Assembly (NCBI GenBank): GCA_965237955.1
Contig: OZ250169.1
Span: 7,168,001-7,232,000 of the forward strand
Direction: 5' to 3'
DNA: 64,000 nucleotides
From: Candidatus Marinacidobacterales bacterium
GTDB taxonomy: Bacteria > Acidobacteriota > Vicinamibacteria > Marinacidobacterales > SMYC01
Shown here: piece by piece, positions 47,328 through 57,451 of the stretch
Layout: each line of letters starts with the position of its first letter
How positions within the stretch are numbered: position 1 is the stretch's first letter
Notes under the pieces: generated by a model
What the model was told of the DNA's origin: nothing
Seen by the model: the letters and a program-made list of their open reading frames with translations, nothing else
The model's database searches: none
Position numbers and translations under genes: made by a program

Positions 47328-48065
47328 TTACTCCAGCTCCATCAGAGCAGAAAACTCGAAGACTCCTCGTTTGCCACGAATCCATTCCGCGGCAAAGAGC
47401 GCTCCTCGAGCGAAGCCCTCCCGGCTTCTCGCGGTGTGAGCAATCTCCACGCTGTCGGCGACGCTGTCGAAGCCCACGACATGCCGACCGAAGGCGGCCC
47501 CCGCCCTCAGCGATGACACGTGGAGGGCGTCGGGAGCGATCTTTCCCGTTGGATTTCCCGGTTGCACGTGGGTTTTCGTCGGCGTCTCCGCGAGCACGAT
47601 CTGCGCTAGTCGGTGCGCCGTTCCACTGGGAGCATCGACCTTGTCGCGGTGATGGTGCTCGAGAATGTAGGCGTCGTAGTCGGGAAAGCGGCCGAAGAGG
47701 CGCGCGCCGTTCTCGGCGAGCTTCAAGAAAAGGTTCGCCCCAATCGAGAAATTCGCCCCGTAGACGAGAGCGGTACCGTGCCGCTCTACCGACTTCCGCG
47801 CATCGTCGAGTTCATCGTACCACCCCGTTGTCCCGACGACGATTGGCACTCCCGACTCGGCAGAGCGACGGATGTGGGTCAAAGCGGCGTCGCCGCGGCT
47901 GAAGTCGACGACCGCGTCGGCGGCGGAGAGAGCGCCCGCGTCGAGGCCGACCCCGTCTCGATTCGAGCCGCTGTCCAAAACCAGCACGATCTCGTGCCCG
48001 GCGTCGGACGCGAGCCTCGACACCTCTGAGCCCATCCGACCCTTTCCCACGAGGACCAATTTCAA
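47328..48065 (-). CDS. dapB: 4-hydroxy-tetrahydrodipicolinate reductase
   Basis: GKGRMG, VGTTG, EHHHRDKVDAPSGTA; TTG start overlapping the lysC stop. Confidence 0.93.
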   Translation of the reverse strand: MKLVLVGKGRMGSEVSRLASDAGHEIVLVLDSGSNRDGVGLDAGALSAADAVVDFSRGDAALTHIRRSAESGVPIVVGTTGWYDELDDARKSVERHGTALVYGANFSIGANLFLKLAENGARLFGRFPDYDAYILEHHHRDKVDAPSGTAHRLAQIVLAETPTKTHVQPGNPTGKIAPDALHVSSLRAGAAFGRHVVGFDSVADSVEIAHTARSREGFARGALFAAEWIRGKRGVFEFSALMELE

Positions 48066-49495
48066 GTTGTCGACTCCGTGTCCACTCGCGCCGTGTCTGC
48101 CGGCTCTGCCTCCACCGGCTCGAAGAGCTCGGGTTGGTCCACGCCCGCGAAGAACTCTCGATGAAGCCGCCGAACGACTACATCGGCATCGCGCTCGCGC
48201 ACCACGAAGGAGAGGTTCATCTCCGACGCCCCATGAGAGATCGTCCGCACATTGACCCAGTCGAGGGCGCCGAACGCGCGCGCGGCGATGCCGGGAGTCG
48301 AGCAAAGCTCCTCCCCGACGACACACACGATGGCGCAGCCGTGCTCCACGGTCACTTCGGCAAACACCGATAGCTCCTCGACGGCGTCGGACAATTTCTC
48401 GATAGAGTCGACGGTCAAGGAGACACTGACCTCGGAAGTCGAAACGAGGTCCACCGAGACCTCGTGACGATCGAACACCTCGAACATCGACTTCAAGAAA
48501 CCGTGAGCCATCAGCATGCGGTGTGACTTCACGTCGATCACGGTGATGCCCTTCTTCACCGCAATGGACTTTACCGGTACGCCCGCCCGACGCAACCGGG
48601 CGGTGATGGTCGTGCCACTCGCGTCGGGCCGGCGTGAGTTCAGGATCCGCACCGGGATGTTCCGGGCGACGGCGGGCTCGATCGTGGCCGGGTGCAGCAC
48701 CCGGGCACCGAAGTACGCGAGCTCGGCGGCCTCGTCGAAAGACAGCTCCCGAATTTTCCGGCTCTCGGGCACGATCCGATGATCCGCGGTGAGCATCCCG
48801 TCCACGTCGGTCCAGATCTGGATTTCGTCGGCATCGAGTGCCGCTCCGAAAAGCGCGGCCGTGTAGTCCGAGCCGCCCCTGCCCAAGGTCGTTGTCTCGC
48901 CGTCCGGTGTCGCTCCGACGAAACCTTGCACGACGGGGATCTTACCGGCCGCAAGCTCGGGAGCGATGGTCTCCTGGCAGCGCTCGGCGACTCCCGTGAG
49001 CATGGGACGTGCCTTGCCAAAACGCGCGTCCGTCAGCATGACGTTCTTCGCCTCCACCGGCACGACGTCGAGTCCCCCGGCGCGCGCTTTCGCCGTGAAC
49101 AAGAGTACCGACAGCCGCTCTCCGTAGCTCACCATCGCGTCTTGGATGCGCGGGGTGAGCTCTCGCAGCAGAGCGACGCCGCGCACGAAATCCGTGAGCT
49201 CTTCTTCGCAATGCGCGGCCTGCTCCATGACTTCGCCCTGGGCGCGTTGTCCGAGCTCCAGGTCCAGCGCTATCGCACAGTGCTGGCTGACGAGGTCGGA
49301 CAGGATCTGGCGGGCCGCGGCGACATCACCGGAGAGCGCCGTTCGCCCGACGCTGAGGAGGGTATTCGTTGCGCCGGCGACCGCGGACAGCACGACCAAA
49401 GGACCGCGCTCCCGCTCGCCGGCCACGATCTCGACGGCTCGGCATACGGCCGGCGCGTCTTGCACAGACGTGCCGCCAAACTTCATGACAATCAT
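48062..49495 (-). CDS. lysC: Aspartokinase
   Basis: KFGGTSV, TLGRGGSD, WTDVDG, ACT domains. Confidence 0.95.
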   Translation of the reverse strand: MIVMKFGGTSVQDAPAVCRAVEIVAGERERGPLVVLSAVAGATNTLLSVGRTALSGDVAAARQILSDLVSQHCAIALDLELGQRAQGEVMEQAAHCEEELTDFVRGVALLRELTPRIQDAMVSYGERLSVLLFTAKARAGGLDVVPVEAKNVMLTDARFGKARPMLTGVAERCQETIAPELAAGKIPVVQGFVGATPDGETTTLGRGGSDYTAALFGAALDADEIQIWTDVDGMLTADHRIVPESRKIRELSFDEAAELAYFGARVLHPATIEPAVARNIPVRILNSRRPDASGTTITARLRRAGVPVKSIAVKKGITVIDVKSHRMLMAHGFLKSMFEVFDRHEVSVDLVSTSEVSVSLTVDSIEKLSDAVEELSVFAEVTVEHGCAIVCVVGEELCSTPGIAARAFGALDWVNVRTISHGASEMNLSFVVRERDADVVVRRLHREFFAGVDQPELFEPVEAEPADTARVDTESTT

Positions 49496-49780
49496 CGACG
49501 TCTAAGGATAGGAAAATTCACACGTGTCTGGCCCCGGTCCGCACGAAATTTCCCCACGGGGATGGGACTGTGCAGTCCGATTGAGTCCTGGTGAGGGTAG
49601 CAGAACTCGAGCAAACAGGGCAAGGCGGCTGAGAGTGTCTCCCGCCGGCACCAGCGCCCTGAGAAGGTTAGACTCTCCCCGCCGATTTTCTTGAGCGCTT
49701 CTCTCTGGACAAGCGTTCGAGGAATCGGGCATACTCGGGACCGAACGAAGACTCTTCCTCGACTGCAAGGAGGTGGTTGA

Positions 49781-50368
49781 ATGGCTCTCGTTAGCCTCGT
49801 TAGCCTCGTTAGATTGTTCGGTGCTCTATGCCTAGCTCTCGCACTTCTTGCGCCTGCCAATCTGGCCGCGCAGGATAAGCCGGTCGTGGTCATCGAGACG
49901 AGCATGGGTGACATCACGGTCGAGCTCAATCGGGCGAGAGCTCCAAAGTCCGTGGAAAACATCCTTTCCTATGTCAACGGCGGTTTTTACGATGGCACGA
50001 TCTTTCATCGCGTTATCTCCAACTTCATGATCCAGGGAGGAGGTTTCACACCCGACATGGAGCGGAAGCCCACTCGGGATCCCATTCAGAACGAAGCGGA
50101 CAACGGGCTGAAGAACCGGCGCGGCACGCTGGCGATGGCCCGCACCGCAGAGATTCACAGTGCAACCGCCCAGTTCTTCATCAACGTCAAGGACAACTCT
50201 TTCTTGGATCACAAAGGGAACAGCTCGCGCGATTATGGATACGCCGTCTTCGGGAAAGTCACCGATGGCATGGATGTCGTTGACAAGATCAAAGACGTCA
50301 AGACAGAAAAAGACGTCCCGACGGAGACCGTTCTCATCAAGACGATCCGGCTTCAGACGGTGGAGTAG
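49781..50368 (+). CDS. ppiA: Exported cyclophilin-type peptidyl-prolyl isomerase
   Basis: [29 protein letters not shown]. Confidence 0.92.
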   Translation: MALVSLVSLVRLFGALCLALALLAPANLAAQDKPVVVIETSMGDITVELNRARAPKSVENILSYVNGGFYDGTIFHRVISNFMIQGGGFTPDMERKPTRDPIQNEADNGLKNRRGTLAMARTAEIHSATAQFFINVKDNSFLDHKGNSSRDYGYAVFGKVTDGMDVVDKIKDVKTEKDVPTETVLIKTIRLQTVE

Positions 50369-50482
50369 CGTCGCGGCGCAGGTGTCGCACGACCTGCGTC
50401 CAAGCGTGGCGTGGATGTTTTACGCTCCTTCGCCCGGTCTTGACGCAAGCGTAGGCATCGCGCGTCCCCGCCTCTGTGCCGC

Positions 50483-50845
50483 CTAGTAGCTCAGGTTGCG
50501 GTCGTGCTCCACCGCCAGGTCCGCGTATCGCTTTGGATCCATCCAGCTCGCGTTGACAGCGTTCAAGTCGTCCTCGGAGACCCCCCGGGCCTTCCCGCAG
50601 AGTCCTCAGACGTAAACAGGGATGTTGTGCTCCACCGCGAACTGAAAAAGCTCCTTGAGCGGCGGCAAACTCACCGGAAAGATGCTCTCGCGAATCGCCT
50701 GCTTCATCAGCAGGGTGCCATCTCCGACGACGGCCACACTCACCTGGTGGCCTCCCTCTACGGCACCCTTCGCAACCACAAACGGAAGTCCGGCCCGAGT
50801 GGGATCTTCCGAGCCGTGGGTTGAGGTAATGAGAATCTTGGCCAT
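50483..50845 (-). CDS. DsrE-family selenoprotein with UxxC motif (Sec80)
   Basis: GGAGG RBS; THGSEDPTRA..PVYV-TGA(50608-50606)-GLCGKARGV, open 40 more codons to TAG. Confidence 0.82.
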
Positions 50846-50940
50846 AGGAAACCTCCTAAGAACCAGATTGTACGAGGAAAAGGCCGGCGAGTGAAAGCGT
50901 GGAATGGCGAGCTTCGTCTTCACCTCCTGGCTGTCCAACC

Positions 50941-51810
50941 TCAGGGCTCGACGTCCAGGGCAACGTCGAGAGCGCGAGCGCTGTGGGTCAAGGCGCCCAC
51001 CGAGATCCGATCGACGCCCGAATCGGCCACGGCCCGAATGTTCTCGAGGGTGATCCCTCCGGAGGCCTCGGTGAGGATCTTCCCGGCACACATTTCGACA
51101 GCGCGCCGCAGGGTGTCGGGGTCCATGTTGTCGAGCAGAACGGCATCGACTCCGAGGAGGAGAAGCTCTTCGAGCTGATCGAGGCTGTCGACTTCGACCT
51201 GGATCGTCGTCAGAGCGCCAAGGCTCTCGCGAGCCCGCTCGACCGCCTGGCGGATGCCGCCGGCGAGCGCGACGTGATTGTCCTTGACGAGCACGGCGTC
51301 GTAAAGCCCGTAGCGGTGTGTTCCTCCTCCCCCCGCGATGACGGCGTATTTCTCCAGAACGCGGAGCCCCGGCGCCGTTTTTCGCGTGCTCACGAGGTCG
51401 GGGGGATTGCGGCCGATGGCCTCCTGAAACGTGCGTGTAGAGGTGGCAATGCCGGAAAGCCGCCCGACGAAATTGAGCGCGGTGCGCTCACCGGTGAGGA
51501 TCGAGCGGGCGTCTCCGGAGAGACGAGCGAGAGGCTCGCCGTACTGCACGTCGCTGCCGTCGGCGGCGAGCGATTCAAAGACGAGATCGGGATCGAGCCG
51601 GGCAAAGACCCGCTCCGCCATGAACAGGCCGGCGAGGCGCCCGGGCTGTCTCGCAACGAGGTGCGCGATCGCCTGCCTTTCCGGCGGCACGATCGCGTTC
51701 GTGGTGATGTCACCTGCGGCCGCCAAATCCTCTCTCAAGGCGTCCTCGACGAGAGTGTCGGTGACGGTCGCGTGAGGCGGCTGCGGGTGCAGCTCGTTCG
51801 GCCTGTTCAT
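50941..51810 (-). CDS. nadC: Quinolinate phosphoribosyltransferase
   Basis: GDITT, TRKTAPG, KDNH, LLDNM, EASGG. Confidence 0.96.
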   Translation of the reverse strand: MNRPNELHPQPPHATVTDTLVEDALREDLAAAGDITTNAIVPPERQAIAHLVARQPGRLAGLFMAERVFARLDPDLVFESLAADGSDVQYGEPLARLSGDARSILTGERTALNFVGRLSGIATSTRTFQEAIGRNPPDLVSTRKTAPGLRVLEKYAVIAGGGGTHRYGLYDAVLVKDNHVALAGGIRQAVERARESLGALTTIQVEVDSLDQLEELLLLGVDAVLLDNMDPDTLRRAVEMCAGKILTEASGGITLENIRAVADSGVDRISVGALTHSARALDVALDVEP

Positions 51811-51820
51811 CGGCCACGTC

Positions 51821-52846
51821 TCACAGCTCGAGCATCCGCTCCACGGCTCGTCGCGCCCGCGCCGCGATCTCCGGGGCGATCTGGACCCGATGCGTCATCG
51901 TCTGGAGCGCGTGGAGAATGTTGGCGAGCGTGATGCGCTTCATATGGGGGCAGAGATTGCAGGGACGGATGAACTCGGTATCCGGGTTGTCGATCTGGAC
52001 GTTGTCGCTCATCGAGCACTCCGTCACCATGAGAACCCGGCCGGGTTTGTGGTCCGAGACGAAGCCGCTCATCGCGGAAGTGGAGCCGACGAAGTCCGCT
52101 TCCGCGAGCACACCGGGTGGGCATTCCGGGTGCGCCAGAATCGTGATGTCGCCGTACTGCTCGCGCGCGCTCAAGAGATCCTCTGCCGTGAAACGCTCGT
52201 GCACCTCGCAGCGGCCTTTCCAGAGGATGACGTCGACCTTCGTCTGCTGGCTCACCCAGCGCCCAAGGTACTCGTCGGGGAGGAAAATGACCCTTTCGGC
52301 GCCGAGCGACTCGACGATCTCAACGGCGTTCGACGAGGTGCAGCAAACGTCACTTTCCGCCTTCACTTCGGCCGAAGTGTTGACGTACGTCACGACCGGA
52401 ACGCCGGGGTAGCGCTCCCTGAGAAGACGCACGTCCGCACCCGTGATGGAGGCGGCAAGAGAGCAACCGGCTTCCGTGTCGGGAATGAGAACCGTTTTTT
52501 CCGGGTTCAAGAGGCTGGCAGTTTCCGCCATGAAGTGCACGCCGGCGACGACGATGACCTCGGCGTCCGTCTCCCCCGCGAGTCGGGCGAGAGCAAGCGA
52601 GTCCCCCGAGCGATCGGCCACGCCGTGAAAGATCTCCGGCGTCTGGTAGTTGTGGGCGAGCACGATGGCGTTTCGCCTGCGCTTCCACTGCTCGATAGCG
52701 TGGATGTAGGGGGCGTGCACGCGCCACTCGAGCGCCGGCACGACGGCTCGCAGTCTCTCGTAGAGCGGCTCGGTCTCTCTCGCAATCTCGGGCGTCCACG
52801 GGGGCGGCCCCAGGGCGACCGCGGACTCGGTATGGCCGTGTGTCAT
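51821..52846 (-). CDS. nadA: Quinolinate synthase
   Basis: LAHNYQ, GCSLA, YVNT, AHPEC, CPHMK. Confidence 0.96.
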   Translation of the reverse strand: MTHGHTESAVALGPPPWTPEIARETEPLYERLRAVVPALEWRVHAPYIHAIEQWKRRRNAIVLAHNYQTPEIFHGVADRSGDSLALARLAGETDAEVIVVAGVHFMAETASLLNPEKTVLIPDTEAGCSLAASITGADVRLLRERYPGVPVVTYVNTSAEVKAESDVCCTSSNAVEIVESLGAERVIFLPDEYLGRWVSQQTKVDVILWKGRCEVHERFTAEDLLSAREQYGDITILAHPECPPGVLAEADFVGSTSAMSGFVSDHKPGRVLMVTECSMSDNVQIDNPDTEFIRPCNLCPHMKRITLANILHALQTMTHRVQIAPEIAARARRAVERMLEL

Positions 52847-52900
52847 GGTTCTCGTCCCTTCATTATGCTCGCCAAATAAAAAGCGCGCCAACGCGCCTGA

Positions 52901-52921
52901 TTATGCTCTGGAAGAGTATAA
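52901..52921. promoter_or_regulatory. NadQ-type operator, with a weaker site near 52863
   Basis: TTATGCTCTGGAAGAGTATAA fits the TTATRCTC-N5-GAGYATAA NadQ motif, between nadQ and nadA. Confidence 0.75.
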
Positions 52922-52939
52922 AGTAGCCTGGAGAAGTTG

Positions 52940-53827
52940 TCAACCGCGCCGGGGAAATCGCACTCCGGCACTCGGCCGCTCGCGTACGACATCGCGTCGA
53001 AACCGAAAGATCTCCGCCGGACGTCCGCCCGTTTCGGCAAAGCTGGCGCCGGTGCCTTCTACGAGCCGGCCCGTCTCGAGAAGTCGCCGGAAGTTCTGCT
53101 TGTGCAGGCGCACCCCGGCGAGAGCCTCGACCACCTTCTGAAGCTGGAGCAGCGTGAACGTCTCCGGCATGAGCTCGAAGACGATGGGCCGGTAGCGGAT
53201 CTTGCTCCGCAGGCGGCCGAGCGCGGTGGCGAGGATGCGCCGATGGTCAAGGGCCATTTCGCGGCCGGAGTGCGTTGCCAGGCGCGCCTCCCAGAGAATC
53301 TCGTAACGTTCCAGCACGCGCTCGGGATCCCACGGTGCTTTTCCTTGACCGAAAGCGATCTGGACTCGCTCTTTCCGTTGTTTCGGGGCTTTGTCGACCC
53401 AGCGCCTGAGCCTGGGCAGAAGCTCCTTCTGGAATTGGGAAGTCGGTCCCTCCCGACGATCTTCCCACGGGAAGAACGAGTAGACGTCGAGCCACCCGGC
53501 CGTGCCCTTCACGAGCGCCTCCTCGCGGACGAGGGCGAGATACGCGACGGAGATCACGCGCATCTCTGCGCTGGCGAACGGATCGCGGTCGAGATCGCCG
53601 AACGTGTAGAGCTGCTCGACGTAGCCGAGCTCGAGGCCCGTCTGTTCGCGGACCCAGCCTCGAAGACCGAGCTCGAGCGTCCGGTCCTCGATGGGATCGA
53701 GAGGTCCGAAGGGAAGGGCGGAAATCCCGCTCGGCTCCTGCGTCACGGTGAGCACCCGCGGGCTGTCCCCGGTCACGGCGAGAATCGCGGCGTTGAGCCC
53801 CACGCGGAGCGTGGAATGTCTTCTCAC
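52940..53827 (-). CDS. nadQ: NadQ/NrtR-type NAD regulator (Nudix-like plus wHTH)
   Basis: LPFGP, YVEQLYTFGD, DHRRILATA, LHKQNFRR, GGRPA; upstream of nadA. Confidence 0.85.
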   Translation of the reverse strand: MRRHSTLRVGLNAAILAVTGDSPRVLTVTQEPSGISALPFGPLDPIEDRTLELGLRGWVREQTGLELGYVEQLYTFGDLDRDPFASAEMRVISVAYLALVREEALVKGTAGWLDVYSFFPWEDRREGPTSQFQKELLPRLRRWVDKAPKQRKERVQIAFGQGKAPWDPERVLERYEILWEARLATHSGREMALDHRRILATALGRLRSKIRYRPIVFELMPETFTLLQLQKVVEALAGVRLHKQNFRRLLETGRLVEGTGASFAETGGRPAEIFRFRRDVVRERPSAGVRFPRRG

Positions 53828-53953
53828 GAAGCCCGGAAACTAGCACGAGCGCCGTCCGCGAGGCAATGTGGGACGATGGTTTGTGCGGCGACAGCCCCGT
53901 CAGGGAGTCTCCGGTGTCTCGTCGAAAGAGATGAGCCAGATGTCCGACTCGTT

Positions 53954-53995
53954 GGGTGCTTCCGCCACGAACTGTTGGTGGCCAAGTCCTAACCC
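53954..53995 (-). repeat. 42-bp dispersed repeat, copy 2 (inverted)
   Basis: Minus strand GGGTTAGGACTTGGCCACCAACAGTTCGTGGCGGAAGCACCC, 35/42 identical to copy 1. Confidence 0.8.
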
Positions 53996-54104
53996 GCTTG
54001 CGTGCTTGAGCCTGAATTCGAGAGACGCACTTCTTTCGTCCATAGGGCCGACGCGAAGTGAAGAATCTGAGCTGTCTCAACCCCGAGTGTCCGCTGCATG
54101 GAAA

Positions 54105-54300
54105 AGTCGGTTCCGGCCGCAAGCAAACCGAAGCGTCTACGCCGCTCTTCGACGGTCCGCAGCGAGCCCGCAAACCCGAGTGAGGCGTAGGCGGCGACGA
54201 CGGCGACCACAACGGAGAGCCCCACCAGGATCGGGTGATACGTTCCCTGAATCACGAGAGTCTTCTCGGACGCGTCGCGCAGAAACTCCAAATACGGCAC
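54105..54300 (-). pseudogene. N-terminal fragment of an MHYT-domain sensor
   Basis: GTYHPILVGLSVVVAVVAAYASL then similarity stops. Confidence 0.6.
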
Positions 54301-54305
54301 GGGTG

Positions 54306-55451
54306 CTACTTTAGGAAGATGCTCTTGGGGATGTACCCGGTGACGACCTGAGTGAGGTCGACGACCTCGCTGACGCGGAAATCAACGGCGATGCTGGCGA
54401 GCGAGAGTGCCTTGTCCGGCGTGAGCCCCTTTTCTTTCACGAGAAAGTCCACGACCTCCCATGTCGCGTGTCGGGTCGCTCGGTCGAGATCGAGGTCGAT
54501 CCCCATCAGGAGGTAGTGGGTATCCGTTTCCGCGCGCGGGCCCGCCAGGCTTACACCTTTGTGGACAATGAACCGAAAGACGCCGCTGAGCGACTGCTCG
54601 ATCGCGGTGCCGCTCACCTCGCCGTCGCCTTGTGCCCCGTGCGGATCTCCGGTGTAGAAGAGCGCACCGGGGTGGAAGACCGGAAGGTAGACGGTCGTTC
54701 CAGCCTTGAGATCCTTGACGTCCAGGTTCCCACCGAAGGCGCCCGGAGGTCGAGAGCCCTGCACGCCGGGAAGCGTTACTCCGGGTTCGCCGACCACGGG
54801 GTCGGGGGCCACCGCAAGGATACCCATGAAGGGCGCGAGCGGTACCCGGATGTTCTCAGCGATGAAAGCAACTTCACGTCCGTCGACCTCGCCGGTACGA
54901 ATCACGTGCCGCGTCCTCTGTGGGATGTCCAGCAGGGGGTCGTCGGCACGGACACCTGGATAGCTCGACGAGAACACGCCTCCTGTGGCGCTCGTGTTGT
55001 TGATTCCCCAGGGTACACGCGTCTCTATATCGAGAATCTGCACCTCGAGCATGTCACCGGGCTCCGCACCCTCGACATAGATGGGGCCGGTAATCACGTG
55101 GCCGCTGCGACCTTCTCTCGGACGCTCGTCGCGCGAAGCCCAAAAGTCCACAACGTCCTCGAGAATCTCTTCCCGGGGTACTCCCAGCCCGGTTAGATAG
55201 GTTTCGGGATTCTCATTCTGGGTCGCGCCTGCGTGGGTCAGGGTGTCGATGCGCACCGTCTGCCCGGAACGAACGGTTAGAACGGGCTCTTTGTCGATCG
55301 GATACCAACCCCAACTGAGATTCTCCGGTCGCGAGGGCACGTAGTGATCGGCTGCCAGGGGTTCGTCCTGAGCGGCCGTGACGCCAGGAAAGCCGATAAC
55401 GCAGAGCGCGATCACGAGACGACGCGCGCGTCGAGCCCATCCGCGTAACAC
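54306..55451 (-). CDS. Acetamidase/formamidase-family protein, signal peptide
   Basis: HVITGPIYVEGAEPGD, GGNLD, GDPHGAQGDGEVSGTAIE. Confidence 0.9.
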   Translation of the reverse strand: MLRGWARRARRLVIALCVIGFPGVTAAQDEPLAADHYVPSRPENLSWGWYPIDKEPVLTVRSGQTVRIDTLTHAGATQNENPETYLTGLGVPREEILEDVVDFWASRDERPREGRSGHVITGPIYVEGAEPGDMLEVQILDIETRVPWGINNTSATGGVFSSSYPGVRADDPLLDIPQRTRHVIRTGEVDGREVAFIAENIRVPLAPFMGILAVAPDPVVGEPGVTLPGVQGSRPPGAFGGNLDVKDLKAGTTVYLPVFHPGALFYTGDPHGAQGDGEVSGTAIEQSLSGVFRFIVHKGVSLAGPRAETDTHYLLMGIDLDLDRATRHATWEVVDFLVKEKGLTPDKALSLASIAVDFRVSEVVDLTQVVTGYIPKSIFLK

Positions 55452-55542
55452 CGTCGCATTGTCCTCTATGCCGGATCCAAAAAGCTAACGCCGGAAGCCG
55501 GAGATACCATCGCGCTCTCAACCTGCATCGTTGGAACTTCCG

Positions 55543-57255
55543 CTATTGCCCTCGATAACCGGGCCCTCTGAGGACCTGCCCTGGACGCTCGTCCGTGATC
55601 TTGCCGTCGTCGACGACTGCGCGGCCATTGACGAGGACGTAGCGCACCCCCACCGAGTAATGGTTGGGATCTTCGAACGTCGCGACATCGCGGATGGTGT
55701 TCGGATCGAACACGGTGATGTCCGCCGCCATCCCGGGCCGGAGAATGCCTCGGTCCTGGAGTCCCACGCGCGTCGCGGCTCGAGACGTCATTTTGCGGAC
55801 GGCTTCCTCGAGGGTGAGGAGCTTTTCATCACGCACGTATTTTCCGAGGATGCGCGCAAACGTCCCCCAGGCGCGAGGGTGCGATTTGCTCGTCGAAAGA
55901 GACCCGTCCTCCGCACGCGCGGAAGAGTCGGTATCGATCGAGACCAGAGGGTGACGCAGCGCGGCCCGCACATCGTCCTCGGTCATGATAGAGATGATGC
56001 ACGACGACTCGGCGTGGTCGGCGATGACGAGGTCCATGAGCGCATCGCGCGGATCCTTGCCCATTTCACGCCCGATCTCCGCGAGGGTCATTCCCTCCCA
56101 CTTCCGCAGGGCGGGGTCGAGCACCGAGCTGAGCATCACGCCCTCGGCACCCCCCGAGCCGTACCACTGGTTCTCCCACTCGGTAATGGAGGCGTCGGCC
56201 ATCTCGGTCTTGATCCGCTCCCGTAGCGCGGGGTCTCGCAATCGCGCGATCATCTCGTCGGCGCCACCTTCTCGAACCCAGACGGGAAGGCAGGCATCGA
56301 GGCCATTCGAGGCTCGATCGTACGGATACTGATTGGCGCTCACGTCGAGGCCGCGTGCCCGCGCCTCCTCGAATCGAGCGAGAACTTCTGGCATCTTCCC
56401 CCAGTTGACCTTGTAAGCCGTCTTCAAGTGCCAGACCTCGGCCGGGATCCCGGCGCGCTCGGCGATCGTGAAGACTTCGTCGAGAGACTCGAAGATGAGG
56501 TTGCTCTCCGAGCGCTGGTGGGTGATGTAGATGCCACCGTGTTCGGCGGCGACCTTGGCCAGCTCGATCAATTCCTCCGTCGAGGCGAAGCGGTCTGGAA
56601 CGTATTGAAGCGAGCTGCTGAGCCCGAGCGCTCCGTCCTCCATCGCCTCGGCGACGAGCTTCTTCATCGCTTCGAGCTCATCTGGGGTCGCCGGGCGATC
56701 CTCGCGTCCGATCACATAGTCGCGCACGCCGCCCGAGCCGACGAAGGTAGCGATATTGATGGCGGGGCGAGAGCGGGTCTCGACGCGGTGGAAGTACTCC
56801 GCCAGGGTGTGAAAGTCCTGCTCGATACCGAATCGGCGGTAGCTCGCGGACGCCGCTTTCATCATGCGATCGTTGACCGGCGCGATGGAGGCTCCCTCCC
56901 CGGTGACCTCGGTCGTGATGCCCTGCATGATCTTGCTCGCCGCCCGGCCGTCGACCAGGATGCTGAACTCCGACTGGCCCAGCATGTCGATGAACCCGGG
57001 GGCAACGACGAGACCGAGAGCGTCGATACGTTGCCCGGCGTGCGCGCCGTCAAGTTGTCCCAGGGCTGTGATACGGCCGTCCGTGATCCCGACGTCACCG
57101 ATGAACCAGGGCGCACCCGTCCCATCGACAATCCGCCCTCCCTCGACGGTGACGTCGAAGGACGGGGGCGTTTGGGAGCCGAGCGCGAAGACCTCACCGA
57201 GCACGACCACCAGGGCCGCGAGGAACAAGAGCGTTTCGCCGCGGTTCGATATCAT
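55543..57255 (-). CDS. N-acyl-D-amino-acid deacylase-family amidohydrolase
   Basis: IVDGTG, APGFIDM, HPRAWGTF; paralog of 2039-3646. Confidence 0.88.
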   Translation of the reverse strand: MISNRGETLLFLAALVVVLGEVFALGSQTPPSFDVTVEGGRIVDGTGAPWFIGDVGITDGRITALGQLDGAHAGQRIDALGLVVAPGFIDMLGQSEFSILVDGRAASKIMQGITTEVTGEGASIAPVNDRMMKAASASYRRFGIEQDFHTLAEYFHRVETRSRPAINIATFVGSGGVRDYVIGREDRPATPDELEAMKKLVAEAMEDGALGLSSSLQYVPDRFASTEELIELAKVAAEHGGIYITHQRSESNLIFESLDEVFTIAERAGIPAEVWHLKTAYKVNWGKMPEVLARFEEARARGLDVSANQYPYDRASNGLDACLPVWVREGGADEMIARLRDPALRERIKTEMADASITEWENQWYGSGGAEGVMLSSVLDPALRKWEGMTLAEIGREMGKDPRDALMDLVIADHAESSCIISIMTEDDVRAALRHPLVSIDTDSSARAEDGSLSTSKSHPRAWGTFARILGKYVRDEKLLTLEEAVRKMTSRAATRVGLQDRGILRPGMAADITVFDPNTIRDVATFEDPNHYSVGVRYVLVNGRAVVDDGKITDERPGQVLRGPGYRGQ

Positions 57256-57337
57256 GCGGCGATGCTATCAGCGCAGGAGGGCGTTTACCATTCCATCCGC
57301 ACTCGCTTGCCTCAGTACGGGAAATTGTCCCGCAGGG

Positions 57338-57451
57338 CTAGGCGCGGTTCGTTTCCGCGCCGAACTCCTCTCGCATGATCTTGACGATGTCCTCAGCGTG
57401 GCTGTCGTCCTTGGCGTAAACGAGCGTCTTCGGCACTTCCGTGCGACCGGG
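57338..57451 (-). pseudogene. hsdR: Internal fragment of a type I restriction endonuclease R subunit
   Basis: PGRTEVPKTLVYAKDDSHAEDIVKIMREEFG. Confidence 0.65.

Noticed and set aside
49500-49780. Lysine riboswitch upstream of lysC
   Set aside because: Core motifs such as AGAGGNGC and GCCGAA are not found on the minus strand.
49787-49812. 9-bp tandem repeat in the ppiA signal peptide as phase variation
   Set aside because: The unit is in frame, so copy-number change would not switch expression.
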